Positions 12,921 to 26,589 are shown, counted from the stretch's first letter. The stretch: 64,000 bases of DNA from Octopus bimaculoides (GCF_001194135.2 NC_068983.1:59478508-59542507), one strand, 5' to 3'. Numbers and translations are program-made. Notes: a model not told the origin generated them from the letters alone.

Positions 12921-13319
12921 TCACTTAATCCATAAGTAGTGTCTGCCACCAACACCTGTTAAGTCATAAACTCTACCCCCGTAGTTGGTTCTTGCGATTA
13001 TATCTTCCACTACATCAAGAATTCTACTTTAACAATCATTATTTTCAAGTCTGTTGGCTTTCAGAGAAATAATAGAATTTACAATCCAGCTCGTTTTGAA
13101 CTTGGTAATATTTTTAGACAATAGAATCTGTCTCAGATGGAATCTATAAAATTAAGGTAGTTGATTGTTGACAAGGTTGTGGCTTAAAATTCACAATCAT
13201 ACTTCAAAAGTCCACACCTTAGACTTTATCTCTGGTGTCTATGGTAACATCCAATCTGTTGCAACTGTTTGGGGCCTGTCCTTGTCCCATTCCTTCCACA
13301 TAAATTTTCTCTCTGCTGA
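12921..13319 (-). pseudogene. degraded coding relic of about 133 codons in one frame with 5 internal stops; probably transposon-derived, family unassigned
   Basis: No frameshift across 399 nt; every internal stop (TAG, TGA, TGA, TAA, TAA) is one C>T change from a Gln or Arg codon. Truncated upstream by a SINE at about 13321. Confidence 0.55.
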
Positions 13320-15480
13320 CAGAAACAAGCATGGCTGTGTGGTTTTGAGCTCAGTCTCAATGCATAGGACTTTATAGCCCATAGTTAATCAATAGATGAG
13401 TTAATTTGGTAGATGGAAACCAAAAGAATCCCTCTTCGTGTATGTGTAATTGTGAGAGTGTGTGTGTATGAGTATGTGAGTGAGAGTGCATGTGAGTCTG
13501 GGTGTTTGTGTGTTTGTGAGTTTTTGTCTTGAGATTTCATGATAGCTACAAATAAGCATCATAGTCATCAAGCAACATTCATTTCCAGTCTTCCATGGAA
13601 ACATGTCCAGCCAAAGGAAAGTATTACTTTATATTCAGAAACAGGTGAAGAGCACTCACAGGGAGGACATCTGGCCATTGAAAATCCAATTCAATAGCTG
13701 AGTTATTTTCAAAGTGTAACACACACACACACACACACACATGTGCTTCTTTCAGTTGCCATCTGTTAATCCACTTATAAGGCTTTGTTCAGGGGATTCA
13801 GTAGATGACACTTTGCCTAAGGTGCAATGCAGTGCAACTGAACCCTAAACTGCATGGTTGATTAACAAACTTCTTAACCACAAGGCCATGCCTGTCCTTT
13901 CTTTTCATCTTAAATAAGTACCAGTAATATAATGGACTACTTGAAAATGTTTCTAAGAAATTAAGTATCTGTGTATATATTTTCATTGGTTAAAACAATA
14001 TTTTGATGCTGTCAGTTTTCAAACTTATGAACAACATAATTGTGATAGGCATGTCCTTTCTTTTGATGAATTGTTTATAAATGTGTTAGAAATGCACAAA
14101 GACATTAGATAATTTATAAAACAGTTCATTTCAACAAACATACGGCAAATGGTAACTATAATAGCTATATTTTCATTTGAATTTTTATCCCCTTGAAATG
14201 TAAAAATTTTTATAAATCTATTGAAACAACACAAACTTAAAATTGATTTTGACACTTCACAACAAAGAGACAGAAGACTGAATAAACAACATGAATATTG
14301 GTAAATACAATTAAGATAGATTGATGGATCACATATATACTTAATATTGATAAATCAAACAGTATATCTCAAACAATCTGTTGCCAACAAACAAATAATA
14401 CTCAACAGAGCCACACTTAGAAACAAAAAAACTATTGTATTTAATGGCACATAAAGCACATTTTTTCCCCCAAAAAAATGTCTCAAAAAATATTAACCTA
14501 GGATCTATATGCAAAATAGCTTTAGATATTACATGCTTCAATGCACTAAAAACTTTTCCTGAATATTTGCTGCTGAAATTGGGGTGCGTTTAATATGCCT
14601 GTGTGTCTTTTATGCTATCAAATACGGTATATTTTTCTCACTTAGAATATTGGTATACATACTTGATGATATTGTACAGTTGAGATATTTTTCTTGCAAA
14701 GGACTGTTGACAGGAAAAGAAAATCAATGCAGCATTGGTACATGTTTATATTCAGTGCCATAAATTATTTTTAGCATATGCAAGCACTTTTTTTCTTTTC
14801 TTGGTAGAGATGCATAGGACTGGAGACAACGTTGGATGTTAGAACTCTCAAAATAACTTGTATGAAATGTCATGCATACAACTAACATTAATTGTCTTTC
14901 TTACATACCATTGTGATTTATAAAATAATTTAAAAGGAATGAAGACAAATGTCAATATCAATAAATTTACAATCTGATGTATGTATATAATATTACTGAC
15001 TAGAACATCTGGAAAATGGTACAAAAATATAAAACTTTGAATGGGAAAAGAAATACTATAATTAAGTTTTCGATTTAAGCTTAAATAGTGAAAATAAATT
15101 TTGACAATATGACAGATTACGTGTGGAATATGAAAACTTACAAGTTACTCTCAAATACAACAAGCGAACTAATATATTTTGTTTTTGTATTTGGCTTGCA
15201 AGATTCTTGATGTGAACTTATGTTAAAACATATCTTGTATCTCAGAAGTGTTCATGGTACCAATAGTAAGCACATTCACCGATTCTATCTCAGTTCTTTA
15301 TTTTTATTAGTTAATTGGTTGAGCAACAGACTAAAAGAATTAGTGTTTATTATTGGACATAACGGACACTCCATCAGTTACAGTGAGGGTCCCAGTTGAT
15401 CCAATAAACAAAAGAGCCTGCTCGTGAAATTAACATGCAAGTGGCTGAGTACTCCACAGGCACTAATACTTTTAATGTAG

Positions 15481-16185
15481 AGACCCAGGAAGACATAGGG
15501 TGAGGTGGTGAAGCATGACCTTCAAACATTGGGCCTCACAGAGAGAGACCAAGACCTCTGGAGATATGCTGTAATTGAGAAGACCCCGCAAGTAAATTGA
15601 GATCATAACTGTAGCCTATACCAGTGTCGCATAACCAGCCCATCTAACAAGTACCTTTGAATTATTGGGCGACATGTCATGCTTGAGGAGACCTATTGAG
15701 TCAAGTAAAATCAAAAATCAAAAATCAAAATCACAATCAAAAATGGAAATTGTAGTTGTGGCAGATGCCAGTGCCACCTGTCTGGCTCTCGTGCTGGTGG
15801 CACACAATAAGCACCATTCATGTGTTGGTCATTAGCAGTGCTGCCTGACTGACTCCCCATGCCAGTGGAACGTAAAAAGCACCATCTGAACATGGTCAAT
15901 GCCAGCCCTCGGCCCCGACTGACTCCTGTGCTGGTAGCACATAAAAAGCACCATCCAAATGTGGCCGATGCCAGTGCCGCCTGACTAGCTCTCATGCATG
16001 CCAGCGGCACATAAAAAGCACCCACTACACTCTTGGAATAGTTAGTGTTAGGAAAAGTATCCAGCTGTAGAAACATTGCCAGATCAGATTGGAGCCTGAT
16101 GCAGCCGCCTGGCTTACCAGTCTCCAGTCACACCATCCAACCCATGCCAGCATGGAAAACGGACGTTAAACGATGATGATGATAA
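15481..16185 (+). mobile_element. 5'-truncated RTE-clade LINE: ORF C-terminus (15481-15600) plus 3' UTR with about four degenerate tandem units and (GAT)n tail
   Basis: RPRKT*GEVVKHDLQTLGLTERDQDLWRYAVIEKT matches the RTE C-terminal GRPRKTW...DL..LGL...DR..WR motif. Confidence 0.85.
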
Positions 16186-19100
16186 TAAATGGACTAGAGC
16201 ACTTATTTTGAAACAAGGGATGTTAGACCATTACAATGAGACGTTTTATGTCATTACTTCCTTTCAGATTCAATTGTCTGAAATTAGGAAAAGACTGCTT
16301 TTGATCAGTTTCTAGGGTGCCTATGTTGAGATTTTGGCTCCAACTTGTTACTTTAACATTACTCTAGAGCAAAGGTTCTCAACTCATTTTGGCCAAACGC
16401 CCTCTTATAACCCTTAAAGTCACAAACGCTCCCTATACAAAAAATATTTTTATTTTTCAATATCCTACTTATTCTGACGTCAGCAAATAATGATTAAAAA
16501 ATAAAGGGCGTCATTTTACATATACACTTGTATGCATAGAGTCTAGATTCTAGAGAATACATTTCACCACAAAAGATGATACACTCTATTCAATTTAATA
16601 TGGTGACATTTACCATTATATTCCAGCAATTCAATGTTTTTTTTGTTTAAAACTGAAAGAAGAAAATTTCTCAGGGCATGGTCAAGGAGTAAATTTAAGA
16701 ACAAACATTATGAAAAGACTGATCTCATTTTCAAAATAAAAGATTTCATTTATTTAATGCTAACATTCAATGTCATTTATGTGACATTTTGTTCTGGTTA
16801 TTTTTGTCATTTATATATTTTTACTATTTTATTTTAATTTCTTCCTTCTTTATTTCTATTGTTCTTTGTAATTCTTGCCTTAAGTAATCACCTTCAAATA
16901 TTCCGAACCATATTATTGACTTTGTGACTGAACAGACATTAAATGACAAGTTCTAATGCTGTTTTCATTTTGCAATAAAACATTTAACTTAAAAGTAGTG
17001 AGGAAAACGAAAAGGGTGAGATATAAAAGACAAAGAATCTGTATAAGCAAGTTTCTGAGAAGCAGTAGAAGGGAGAAGGAGAAGTAAGCAAAACTAGAAA
17101 CTTGTAAATGAATGACAAATAATTTAATGCATTTTCCACTAATTTGTAACAGCTTTATTTTGACAAAATATATTTTTAAACGTATTATTGTTGCTACAGC
17201 TTAATACAGTTTAGCTAAAAGATAGAAATTGGTTTTAACATTTATATTTGAAGTGCTCCGAAATTGTTTACACAGCATATAAACTATTAAATGAAATTAT
17301 TAAAAATATAGATAAATGTTTTACATCTTTTAGACAAGTTATAAGTGAATTGTTGAATTAAAATTGGTAAAATTATTTTACCTGGTAACTAAATCTACAG
17401 CCCAAAGATTCAAAATGGATCTATAATATGGTTATATATATTAGTTTCTAATTTTGGCACAAGGCCAGCAATTGATTAGATTACATTGACCCAAGAGCTC
17501 AAATGATACTTATTTTATTGACTCTGAAGAGTTGAAAAGCAAAGTCCACCTCAGCAGAATTTGAACTTAAAAACATAAAAACAAAGAACCAATAAGTATT
17601 TTGCTTGGTGTGCTAACAATTCTGCCAGCTTTTTTTCTTTTCAATTCTTATTACCAAAACAGCAGTCATTAATAATGTTAATTACATATTCCTCCAATAA
17701 CTAGAAAGTCTACTGTAGTTTTTTTTTTGTTTGTTTTTTTTTTGTTTTTTTTTAGTGGGATGGTGTTTTTTTACAGTCAACATTGACTGTGCTTGTCTTT
17801 GATTTTTACTCAGAATTAAGAGATAGATGATGGCACACTTATTTCATGATAGAATGGTTGACAATTATTTTATTGTCTTTGAAGCAAAGAGAAATGTAAC
17901 ATGATACTCACAGACAATAATTCACTATTTCTATCCTCATACTTTAATCTCTGTTACCACATCTTTATTGAAATGCACTACCTTCGTTTCAATTAATTTT
18001 TGAAAGTAATGAAGAATTTATCAAAACAGTTTAGTTATTATTAAGCTGGCGTTTGGATCATAATAAAACCTTCCATCAAAATTCCATGTTATAATTTAGA
18101 TCACTTTAAAATAAGAAAATTGTATCATAGAACCAGTGGTGGTCCTGGGCAGGTTGGTATTAAAGGGGTGAAATATATAATCCAGTGAAATATCATAATC
18201 AAAAACAATCCAGCAGTGACCATCCCATTTATTCAAGCAGTTCACTTAAAACCGCATTCTTCAATGCCTCTCTCTCTCTCCTAAAATAGTAGGATGTGAC
18301 TTAATGGGGAACTGACTGCTATTTCTAGTAGGTCGGCAGACCACATAAAGGCTCCTACTTTCTAAGCTAATATAAATTGAAAACTTGAATATATTATACA
18401 AATTTAAAGTGAAATATAATTAATGAAAGTGTTAATATAAACTAAATGGATTAAATAGAAATGCCATACATTTAACTAATTACCACACTATATTTGCAGC
18501 TAATTATCAGGATGCATTTACTGATAATTATCACACTGTATTTAATGTTGTTTTAATATAGAATAATGAAAGCAGTAAGATAATTGAAATCAAACTACAA
18601 ATATTTTCTATTAGTGTAACTGTTGTTACTGTCAACACTAATATATTTTCCTTCCAGATATTATTGTGGGAAGGAAGGGCGAGACTAGAAATATCAGTTA
18701 ATAAGATGAAGATGTTCAAGAACATATGCATAAATACTTACATGTATTGCTTCATTCAACAGCAGGATGTCTTTCTTGTTGCAACTCTCACCTGTTTCTA
18801 AGCAAGATGATATTTCCTCATGGCCAGATATATTTTCACAAAAGATTCATAGTGAAGGACACTTTATATAATGGTGACACTCATTTACATCCATCACACA
18901 ATGTCATGACAAGACACGCATGTGTGTGTGTACATATACACATACATACATACTTATGACAGGATTCTTTCAGGGTCAGTCTACCATTTAAAAGGTTTCA
19001 GTTTGATGGCCTGGGGTCACTCAGAATGTTAGGGTTTACATAAACGTTTCAAAGTTTGTTTTTGTATTTGGTTTGCAAGATTCTTGTGTGAATTTGTGTG

Positions 19101-22094
19101 TTGAAACAAAACCAATGGAGGAATGATAAATTAGAATTGAAAGTGTGCATGTGTTATTATTATTTGTGCAATGACTTTCCCCAAGACACAACAAAATTTT
19201 GAAGTTTATTACCATTAGTATTGTCAGTTTTCTTTACATTTTCTTTTCAAGAGCTTCTAATTTTATATTTCATACACACCATGCAAAGAAAATGGAGGTA
19301 GTTCTATAGTTAAAATGCCAACAGAAGGAATAAAATATGAAGGTACCTACTCCACCCTCTTCAGCCAAAGTTATATTATGGTAAATATACAGTGGATGAG
19401 TTGAAAGCTGAATATAAAAATCGATAGAGCAATGGACAAACTGCTCGAAGTTATTCAGTTGCAGGCATTACTTTGTGTTTCTGAGTTCAAATCCCACCAG
19501 GGTCATTTTGTTCTCCATCATTCCTAAGTTACATATAAAGTTCCAAGTTCTGGTATACCTAATCAGCTGCATAGGTACAGACGTAGTTGTGTGGTTAAGA
19601 CACTTGCTTCGTAACACTGTGGCTTTGGGTTCAGTCCTACTGCAAGGTACATTGGCCTAGTAACTTCTAAGCCTTGACCTAAGCCTTGTGAGTGGATTTA
19701 GTGGACAAAAACTGAAGAGAAGTCTGCTGTGTGTGTGTGCATGTCTCTTGACATCACATAACAGTTTAAACAAGCATCACTGTCATTACAAACTGTGTTG
19801 GTCATTTTCAATCTTCCATGGAAATATATCTAGACATGGGGAAATGTTACCTTCCTTCAAGAGAAAGTGAGAATTGGTGACAGAAAGAACATCTGGCCAT
19901 AAAAGACATGCCTCAAAGAATTTTATTTGACCCATACAAGCATGGAAAGCTGGATGCTAAAATGATGACAATGATGCACCCTGCTTCTGTGTGGCAGTGT
20001 GCCCATAACAAAAATCAATATTATGAAGGCTAAAGCTATTAATTATAGAGTAAAATTCAAATCTAATATAGAATTAGATATAAATTGAACTTATCTCAAA
20101 ATTACTACAAACAATATATTAAAACAATTGATTGTAGCATCAAACTTTTAATGAGACAAAATATTATATATGATAAAGTATGTGCAGTTGTTCAATAATT
20201 AATAATAGCAGACAAATAAACTTCATTGATTTTTAGGAATAAAGTTTTGTAAAAAGCATCAGAAGCAACTGTCATTTGCTAATATAGTTGCATCATTAAA
20301 CAGGAAGTGACTTTAGAAATTGTATTGTTTAGCTGATTACCATAAATATTGAACTGTTTAATATAATCTTTCCATTTGCTAAGCTGAAGATAATCTATTT
20401 TCATTTTGACTGTTTTACTATATTGAAATGAAATTCAAATTGTTAGAGTATTCAGGACACTTCCGACAAAAATTTCAAGGCTGAATAAATAGTAATTTAT
20501 GAAGTCGATAAATAAATATTTTCTTGTCAAACATTAATAATTCCTAAACAGAATATCATTGCAAATATAACAAAAATTATGCTTTTTTTTGTTGTTTGCT
20601 TTGCTTGATCACAAACATTTACTAATTAAAAGTAGCAATATTTACTTGTTCTGTTTGTTTCCATTCTAAAGAAAGTATGGTGTGAAATTATGCTTTCATA
20701 GAATTCAATGTGGTTTCAATTAACATTAGTGTTATTCATTGTTCTCATTAATTTATCATTAGAGATTATCCAAGATGACATTTCAAAAGTTCATTGTATT
20801 TAATCTTCATGCAGGTTTTTTGTGAACTACTAAATTAATAGCTGTGTGGAGTGGCATTTTTATGAATAAACTCAAGACATACTCTTAATTGATCACATCT
20901 AATTTCTAAATTCTCTTTTGAAAAATTGACTATTTTTCTTCATTGATCACTATTATTTAAAACCCTACCAATAAATTTTCATCTCTTTCCAACTAATAAT
21001 CCTGACACATCTCTTTCACTAACAATTAACAAATATTAATTTCCTTCTGAATGTCAATCAATAGAGAATTCCCTCTTGGCTCATCTGTTTCAAAATGCTG
21101 TAGCAAAACAAAATGGGGGAAAAATAAAAGAAAAACCTCTAACAGCTGAATCTCTTTTCATACTTTTCCTCGACTCTCTGATTGAAGAAGTTCTTTTACA
21201 AATAATGGACATGTCCATTTCTCTTAAAAACGGTTATATTTTTTAAAATGATAGCATTCCATAAGATGAGTACAATAATGACAAAAATACTAGATCACTT
21301 AATTAAATGTATTACAATTATTTATACCTGCTCTTTATTAAAAACTGAAATACTTCTAGAGTAACCCCTATTGTTTATCCTTCCAAAATACAACAGTATA
21401 TTAACAATAATATACTCCTATCAACTTAGTTGATTATATTTTTGTCCATAACAAAGTGATCATGTGCATAATATCTTCATTATTTAATATCTGGCTTCTA
21501 TACTAGCATATGTTAGACAGTTATACAGGGGTTGGTGAGTTAAAGGACCAAGTTATGGCTTCTACAACTGGATCCCTTTCCAAACACCCACTAATTTACA
21601 AAGTGAACCGGATGCTTTTTTCATGGCACCATCGATAGTAAAGAGCACTTTATAATTTGCAAGATTAAGTGCCTATAGTGAATACTTTAAGTGAAGGAAA
21701 AGAGAAAGGAGGCAATGATCCTGAGTAGAGGGATGAGGGATGGTAGATAAGAGAAGGGGATGAGGGAGTATTGTAGTGAAGGAATTAGTAATAGGACTGA
21801 GAAAAAGGAGAGATAGAGTTAAAAAGATGACAGAGTAGGTTGTGCAAGGAGGGTTAAAAGAATTTTTTTTTTCCCGTTAAGAATTGTCCAGTGGCTATTT
21901 GGCTATTTCCAACAATCTGAAATCAACCATTACAATAACCTAATAATGGTTGCTTAAGGAATCGTTTATAAAACTTTCTATCAGCAAAACTTGTCTTTAT
22001 ATGGTACTAGCCCAAATTATTGTCTCCCTGTTAACTCAGATTGCAGCTATTTCATTGTTTTCAGTTATTAAACAGTGGCCATAGTGAGGTATAT

Positions 22095-22362
22095 GTCATG
22101 GAGGGTGGCACATAAAAGACACCATTTTGAGCGTCGCCGTTGCCAGTACTGCCTGACTGGCCCTCGTGCCGGTGGCACGTAAAAGCACCTACTACACTCT
22201 CTGAGTGGTTGGGTTGACGTTAGGAAGGGCATCCAGCTGTAGAAACTCTGCCAAATCAGATTGGAGCCTGGTGTTGCCATCCGGTTTCACCAGTCCTCAG
22301 TCAAATCGTCCAACCCATGGAAAGCGGACATTAAACGATGATGATGATGATGATGATGATGA
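22095..22362 (+). mobile_element. RTE 3' end fragment with (GAT)n tail
   Basis: Homologous to 16000-16185. Confidence 0.85.
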
Positions 22363-23403
22363 TATCAACACTAGTACTTATTTCAATCTGGTATTTATTT
22401 CAACATTCTGTAGAAGTGCTAAGTTAGGGAACATGAAGAAGCAGTCTAAACACAGCACCAGTGTTTGTTATACATAAATACACAAAAGACTTCTGTTCAG
22501 TTACCATCCATTAACCCTTGATACCAACATGCCTGAGGCTGTCCCTGGTTCTAGGATATAAATTTCATGCTTTAAAATTTTACTTTAATTTATGTCCAAC
22601 ATACAAGTTTAATAATTAAAAAGTTACTAAATTCTTTATTTCCAAAAATAAGTAAAATAATAAAAGGTAACAAAAGTGTTAAATCCCACTCATAAGGAAT
22701 TGATCAACCCAAGTCGGAAGAAAACGTTTGCCCCAAATTCTGCATGCAAGAATCAAACTTGGAAGTATTTGTAAAGCAACCTTCTTAATCATAAACATGC
22801 TTGCACCTATCTAATATGATACTTCTGACATTATGCCACATCCCTGTTCTTTATTTGTAGCTCCATATTACTTATTCCATCATCATCATAATTTTAACGT
22901 CTACTTTTCCATGCTTGCATGGATTAGAATTCATTGTGGCAGATTTTCTATGGTCTGGTGCCCTTCCTATCACCAACCCTCACCTGTTTCCAAGATAATA
23001 TTACCTCTAAATGCGTTTTCACAAAATATTGATGGTAACACTCATTTACAACTATCACATGATTTCAAGGCAAGTTCTCACACACACATACACACAAATT
23101 CCTATTTTCCATAATAAACCATTGTCAGAACTCAGTGTTCTTGTACTTAACAGAATTAGTAAGTTCTTGTGGTGATGATTCTCTGCAATCCTCTGCTTCA
23201 GACTCATAAATCTGAAGGTCAGTACAGAGTGTAATATTGATAAATGAATGACAAAAGGACAGGAGTTATGTAATCACTTCCATTAGCTTACAGTTATTTA
23301 CCATTTAAGGAACCATGCATGAAGAGCTGAATGTCAGTCTGACATGAGTTCAAGGTTTCTTAAAGCAGAAATAACTGTAAGCTAGTGAAAGTGATAATCA
23401 TAT

Positions 23404-23742
23404 ATCATCATCATCATCATCGTTTAACGTCCACTTTCCATGCTAGCATGGGTTGGACGATTTGACTGAGGACTAGTGCAACCGGATGGCTACACCAGGC
23501 TCCAATCTAATTTGGCAGAGTTTCTACAGCTGGATGCCCTTCCTAACGCCAACCACTCAGAGAGTGTAGTGNNNNNNNNNNTTCTACAGCTGGATGCCCT
23601 TCCTAACGCCAACCACTCAGAGAGTGTAGTGGGTGCTTCTACGTGTCACCCGCACGAAAACGGCCACGCTCGAAATGGTGTCTTTTATGTGCCACCCGCA
23701 CAAGAGCCAGTCCAGGGGCACTGGCAACGATCTCGCTCGAAA
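23404..23742 (-). mobile_element. RTE 3' end fragment (split by a 10-N gap with duplicated overlap)
   Basis: Reverse complement of the RTE tail; begins with (CAT)n. Confidence 0.85.
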
Positions 23743-24324
23743 ACCCTACAATACATATATATTATAATCATAATAAATAACTAAATGAGTGGAAATCGAA
23801 GTGGTGAGTATATTAAAGAATAAGGCTCTAAAAGCAAATGATTCTCCCCAGACACAATAAAATAATCATAATAATTATAATTATTGAGTTGGTGCATAAT
23901 TATTGCAGCTTTTTTCAACAAATTTTATTCAACAAAAACAATAACAACATGTAACAAAAACATCTTTAAATTATTATTCTAGAGCATGCTCACCATCTAC
24001 TTCAATTACTGCTTCCCATTTGCTTGGCAGACGGTCAGACTGTCATTTAAAGGTGTTTTTGTTGAATAAAAATTGTTGAAAAAAAGCCACAATAATTATG
24101 CACCAACCCAATATAATAATAGGTATCTTACGTCATGCCAGCATGGAAAGTGGACGTAAATCGATGATGTATCCATTGCTCTCAAGAGACCATGGATCTG
24201 TGACTGGAAAATTTGTGTCAGATGCTGATGGTGGTGCTGCATCTACTGTTGCTGTACAAGCCTACATAAGAGTGGCAGTTTTGCATGCAGTACTGCATTT
24301 GAATATATATATATATATATTATT

Positions 24325-24734
24325 TTATTCTTTTATTTGTTTCAGTCATTTGACTGCAGCCATGATGGAGCACCACCTTTAGTCAAACAAATCTACCTTA
24401 GGATTTATTCTTTGTAAGCCTAGTACTTATTCTATTGGTCTCTTTTGTCGAACTGCTAAGTTATGGGGATGTAAACACACTGGCATCAGTTGTCAAGCGA
24501 TGGTGGAAGGACAAACACAAACACAGACACACATGCACATACACACACACACATATATGTGTATATATTTATATACGACGGGTTTCTTTCAGTTTCTGTC
24601 TACCAAATCCACTCACAAAGCTTTGGTCGGTCCAAGGCTACAGTAGAAGACACTTGCCCAAAGTGCCATGCAGTGGGACTGAACCCGGAACCATGTGGTT
24701 GGTAAGCAAGCTACTTACCACACAGCCCCTCCCG

Positions 24735-24737
<3 letters not shown>
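24325..24737 (-). mobile_element. SINE family B, near full length
   Basis: Reverse complement of 3007-3390. Confidence 0.85.
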
Positions 24738-24797
<60 letters not shown>

Positions 24798-24829
24798 TTT
24801 ATTTAAAAGCAGCAGAAATATAACAAAAA

Positions 24830-24871
24830 AACTGTTACTCTGAGTTTCACGTTCCCGTTCATCAGACACTT
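24830..24871 (-). ncRNA. minimal type I hammerhead ribozyme motif (intact CUGAUGA core)
   Basis: Minus strand: AAGTGT-CTGATGA-ACG GGAA CGT-GAAA-CTCAGAG-TA-ACAGTT. Stem I 5/6 pairs, stem II 3 bp, short stem III, GUA cleavage triplet. Confidence 0.75.
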
Positions 24872-24880
24872 TTCTAACAA

Positions 24881-24922
24881 AACTGTCCGCTGAACGGGAA
24901 CGTGAAACTCAGAGTAACAGTT
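24881..24922 (+). ncRNA. inverted twin hammerhead motif with altered core (CCGCUGA)
   Basis: AACTGT-CCGCTGA-ACGGGAACGT-GAAA-CTCAGAG-TA-ACAGTT; perfect 6-bp stem I, two core substitutions. Confidence 0.6.
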
Positions 24923-25025
24923 TTTTTGTTATACTTCTGCTGCTTTTAAATAAAGCATATTACTCTACCTCTGGTATTTGAGTACTCTTTTTTCCACCTT
25001 GTTGTACATTTCATGTGCTTACTCC

Positions 25026-25063
<38 letters not shown>

Positions 25064-26178
25064 CGTTCCCATGTGAGAAGCAAAGGGATTGAACTTGACA
25101 CTGCATGTTTATAGTAAAAGAATTCTGAACCACAAAGCCTGCACTTATTCCTTGCACACACACACATATTTCTAGCTTATTAATGTTACAGCCTTTCAAA
25201 AGATTTTAGAATGGATTTGACCTTAATCAATGTTGATGTCCAGTGCAGGCAGCTCCCTTATCTAATTAATCAGTTTATAAATTTCTCATGACATTAGCAA
25301 CAGAAAAGTCAATCAATTATCAATATGACACTGTGAACTATTAACTTTGAGAATGTGATTATTATTGAACTTGCATGGAAAGTAATTGCTATGTGGCAAG
25401 CAATAGGCAAACATGTATTTTATTACAATATAAACTGTACAATTAATTAAATGTGTTTCTTTTTCCAAAAGCTGCACTATATCATTACCATGATGATCAG
25501 GACTGTTTTAGCATCCATTTGTCAATGTAGCACAGATCAGCAATACAGGAAATCACCACTTGTCTAGTGTTAGATATAACCTCAACAATACTTCTCACAC
25601 TTTCCTTTACATATTGACAAAGAGGGCTTTATACAGTTACTCAGTGTGCTAGAAATAGTAACCACTTTTTGACTAAATCCTATCCTATCATCCTATGGGC
25701 CATATTGAATATATATGCACAAAACTTGAAATTTGGAGGAGGTGGGGGAGCTATTCAATTTCATTGACCCACAGTGCTTGACTAATACTGTATTTTATCA
25801 ACCCCAAAAATGGATGAGGCATTGGCAGGATTTGAACTCAGAACAGAAAAAAACAGAAGAAATATCACTCAGTAATTTGTCTGCCAGCTCTCACATACAT
25901 ATGTATATGTATGTATGTATGTATGTATATATATATATTTATATATATACAGTGGCTAACTGGGTCTAAAACTATTGGTTACCGGGGTAATAAGCCCCCC
26001 CCCCCCCNNNNNNNNNNNNNNNNNNNNNNNNNNNNNNNNNNNNNNNNNNNNNNNNNNNNNNNNNNNNNNNNNNNNNNNNNNNNNNNNNNNNNNNNNNNNN
26101 NNNNNNNNNNNNNNNNNNNNNNNNNNNNNNNNNNNNNNNNNNNNNNNNNNNNNNNNNNNNNNNNNNNNNNNNNNNNNN

Positions 26179-26218
<40 letters not shown>

Positions 26219-26388
26219 CATACAAAAATAAGAGGAATGACCAGCAAATGTGGATTCCTATATGCTAGAAATAGATGCCGAATCATCTAACCACAAAAGA
26301 AATATTTTCTCAGTAAAAAATTTAGCGACACAACAGACTCTAAGCGGGCAAGACAAATGAAAAAAATACTAAATTAAAAAACGATTAA

Positions 26389-26455
26389 CCTACGTACCAT
26401 GTTTTCACCTGTTAAAATTTACATAAGTAAATATCTGCAGGATCGTCAGCGTAAG
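26389..26455 (-). ncRNA. type I hammerhead ribozyme motif (CUGACGA core, long stem II)
   Basis: Minus strand: CTTACG-CTGACGA-T CCTG...TTTAC TTAT GTAAA...CAGG T-GAAA-ACATGG-TA-CGTAGG. Stem I 6 bp including one G-U pair. Confidence 0.65.
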
Positions 26456-26551
26456 TCTGTCGATATGAGATATAATCTTCGGATTTTTTTAATATGCTAG
26501 ACCACTGGTTTTAATTGATTAATATCAATTTCTACCCTCATTAATAAATTT

Positions 26552-26586
<35 letters not shown>

Positions 26587-26589
26587 CAT

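Noticed and set aside
14806-14865. Plus-strand exon-like block RCIGLETTLDVRTLKIT with AG/GT ends
   Set aside because: Short, unrecognised and without supporting neighbours; such matches arise by chance in AT-rich DNA.
15760-16030. Regularly spaced GCAC...AAAAAGCACC repeats as a CRISPR-like array
   Set aside because: The whole unit is repeated with no unique spacers, and it lies in the 3' UTR of an RTE LINE in an animal genome.
23522-23631. 50-bp direct duplication on both sides of a 10-N gap
   Set aside because: Typical unmerged contig overlap in a scaffold, so an assembly artefact rather than a biological tandem repeat.
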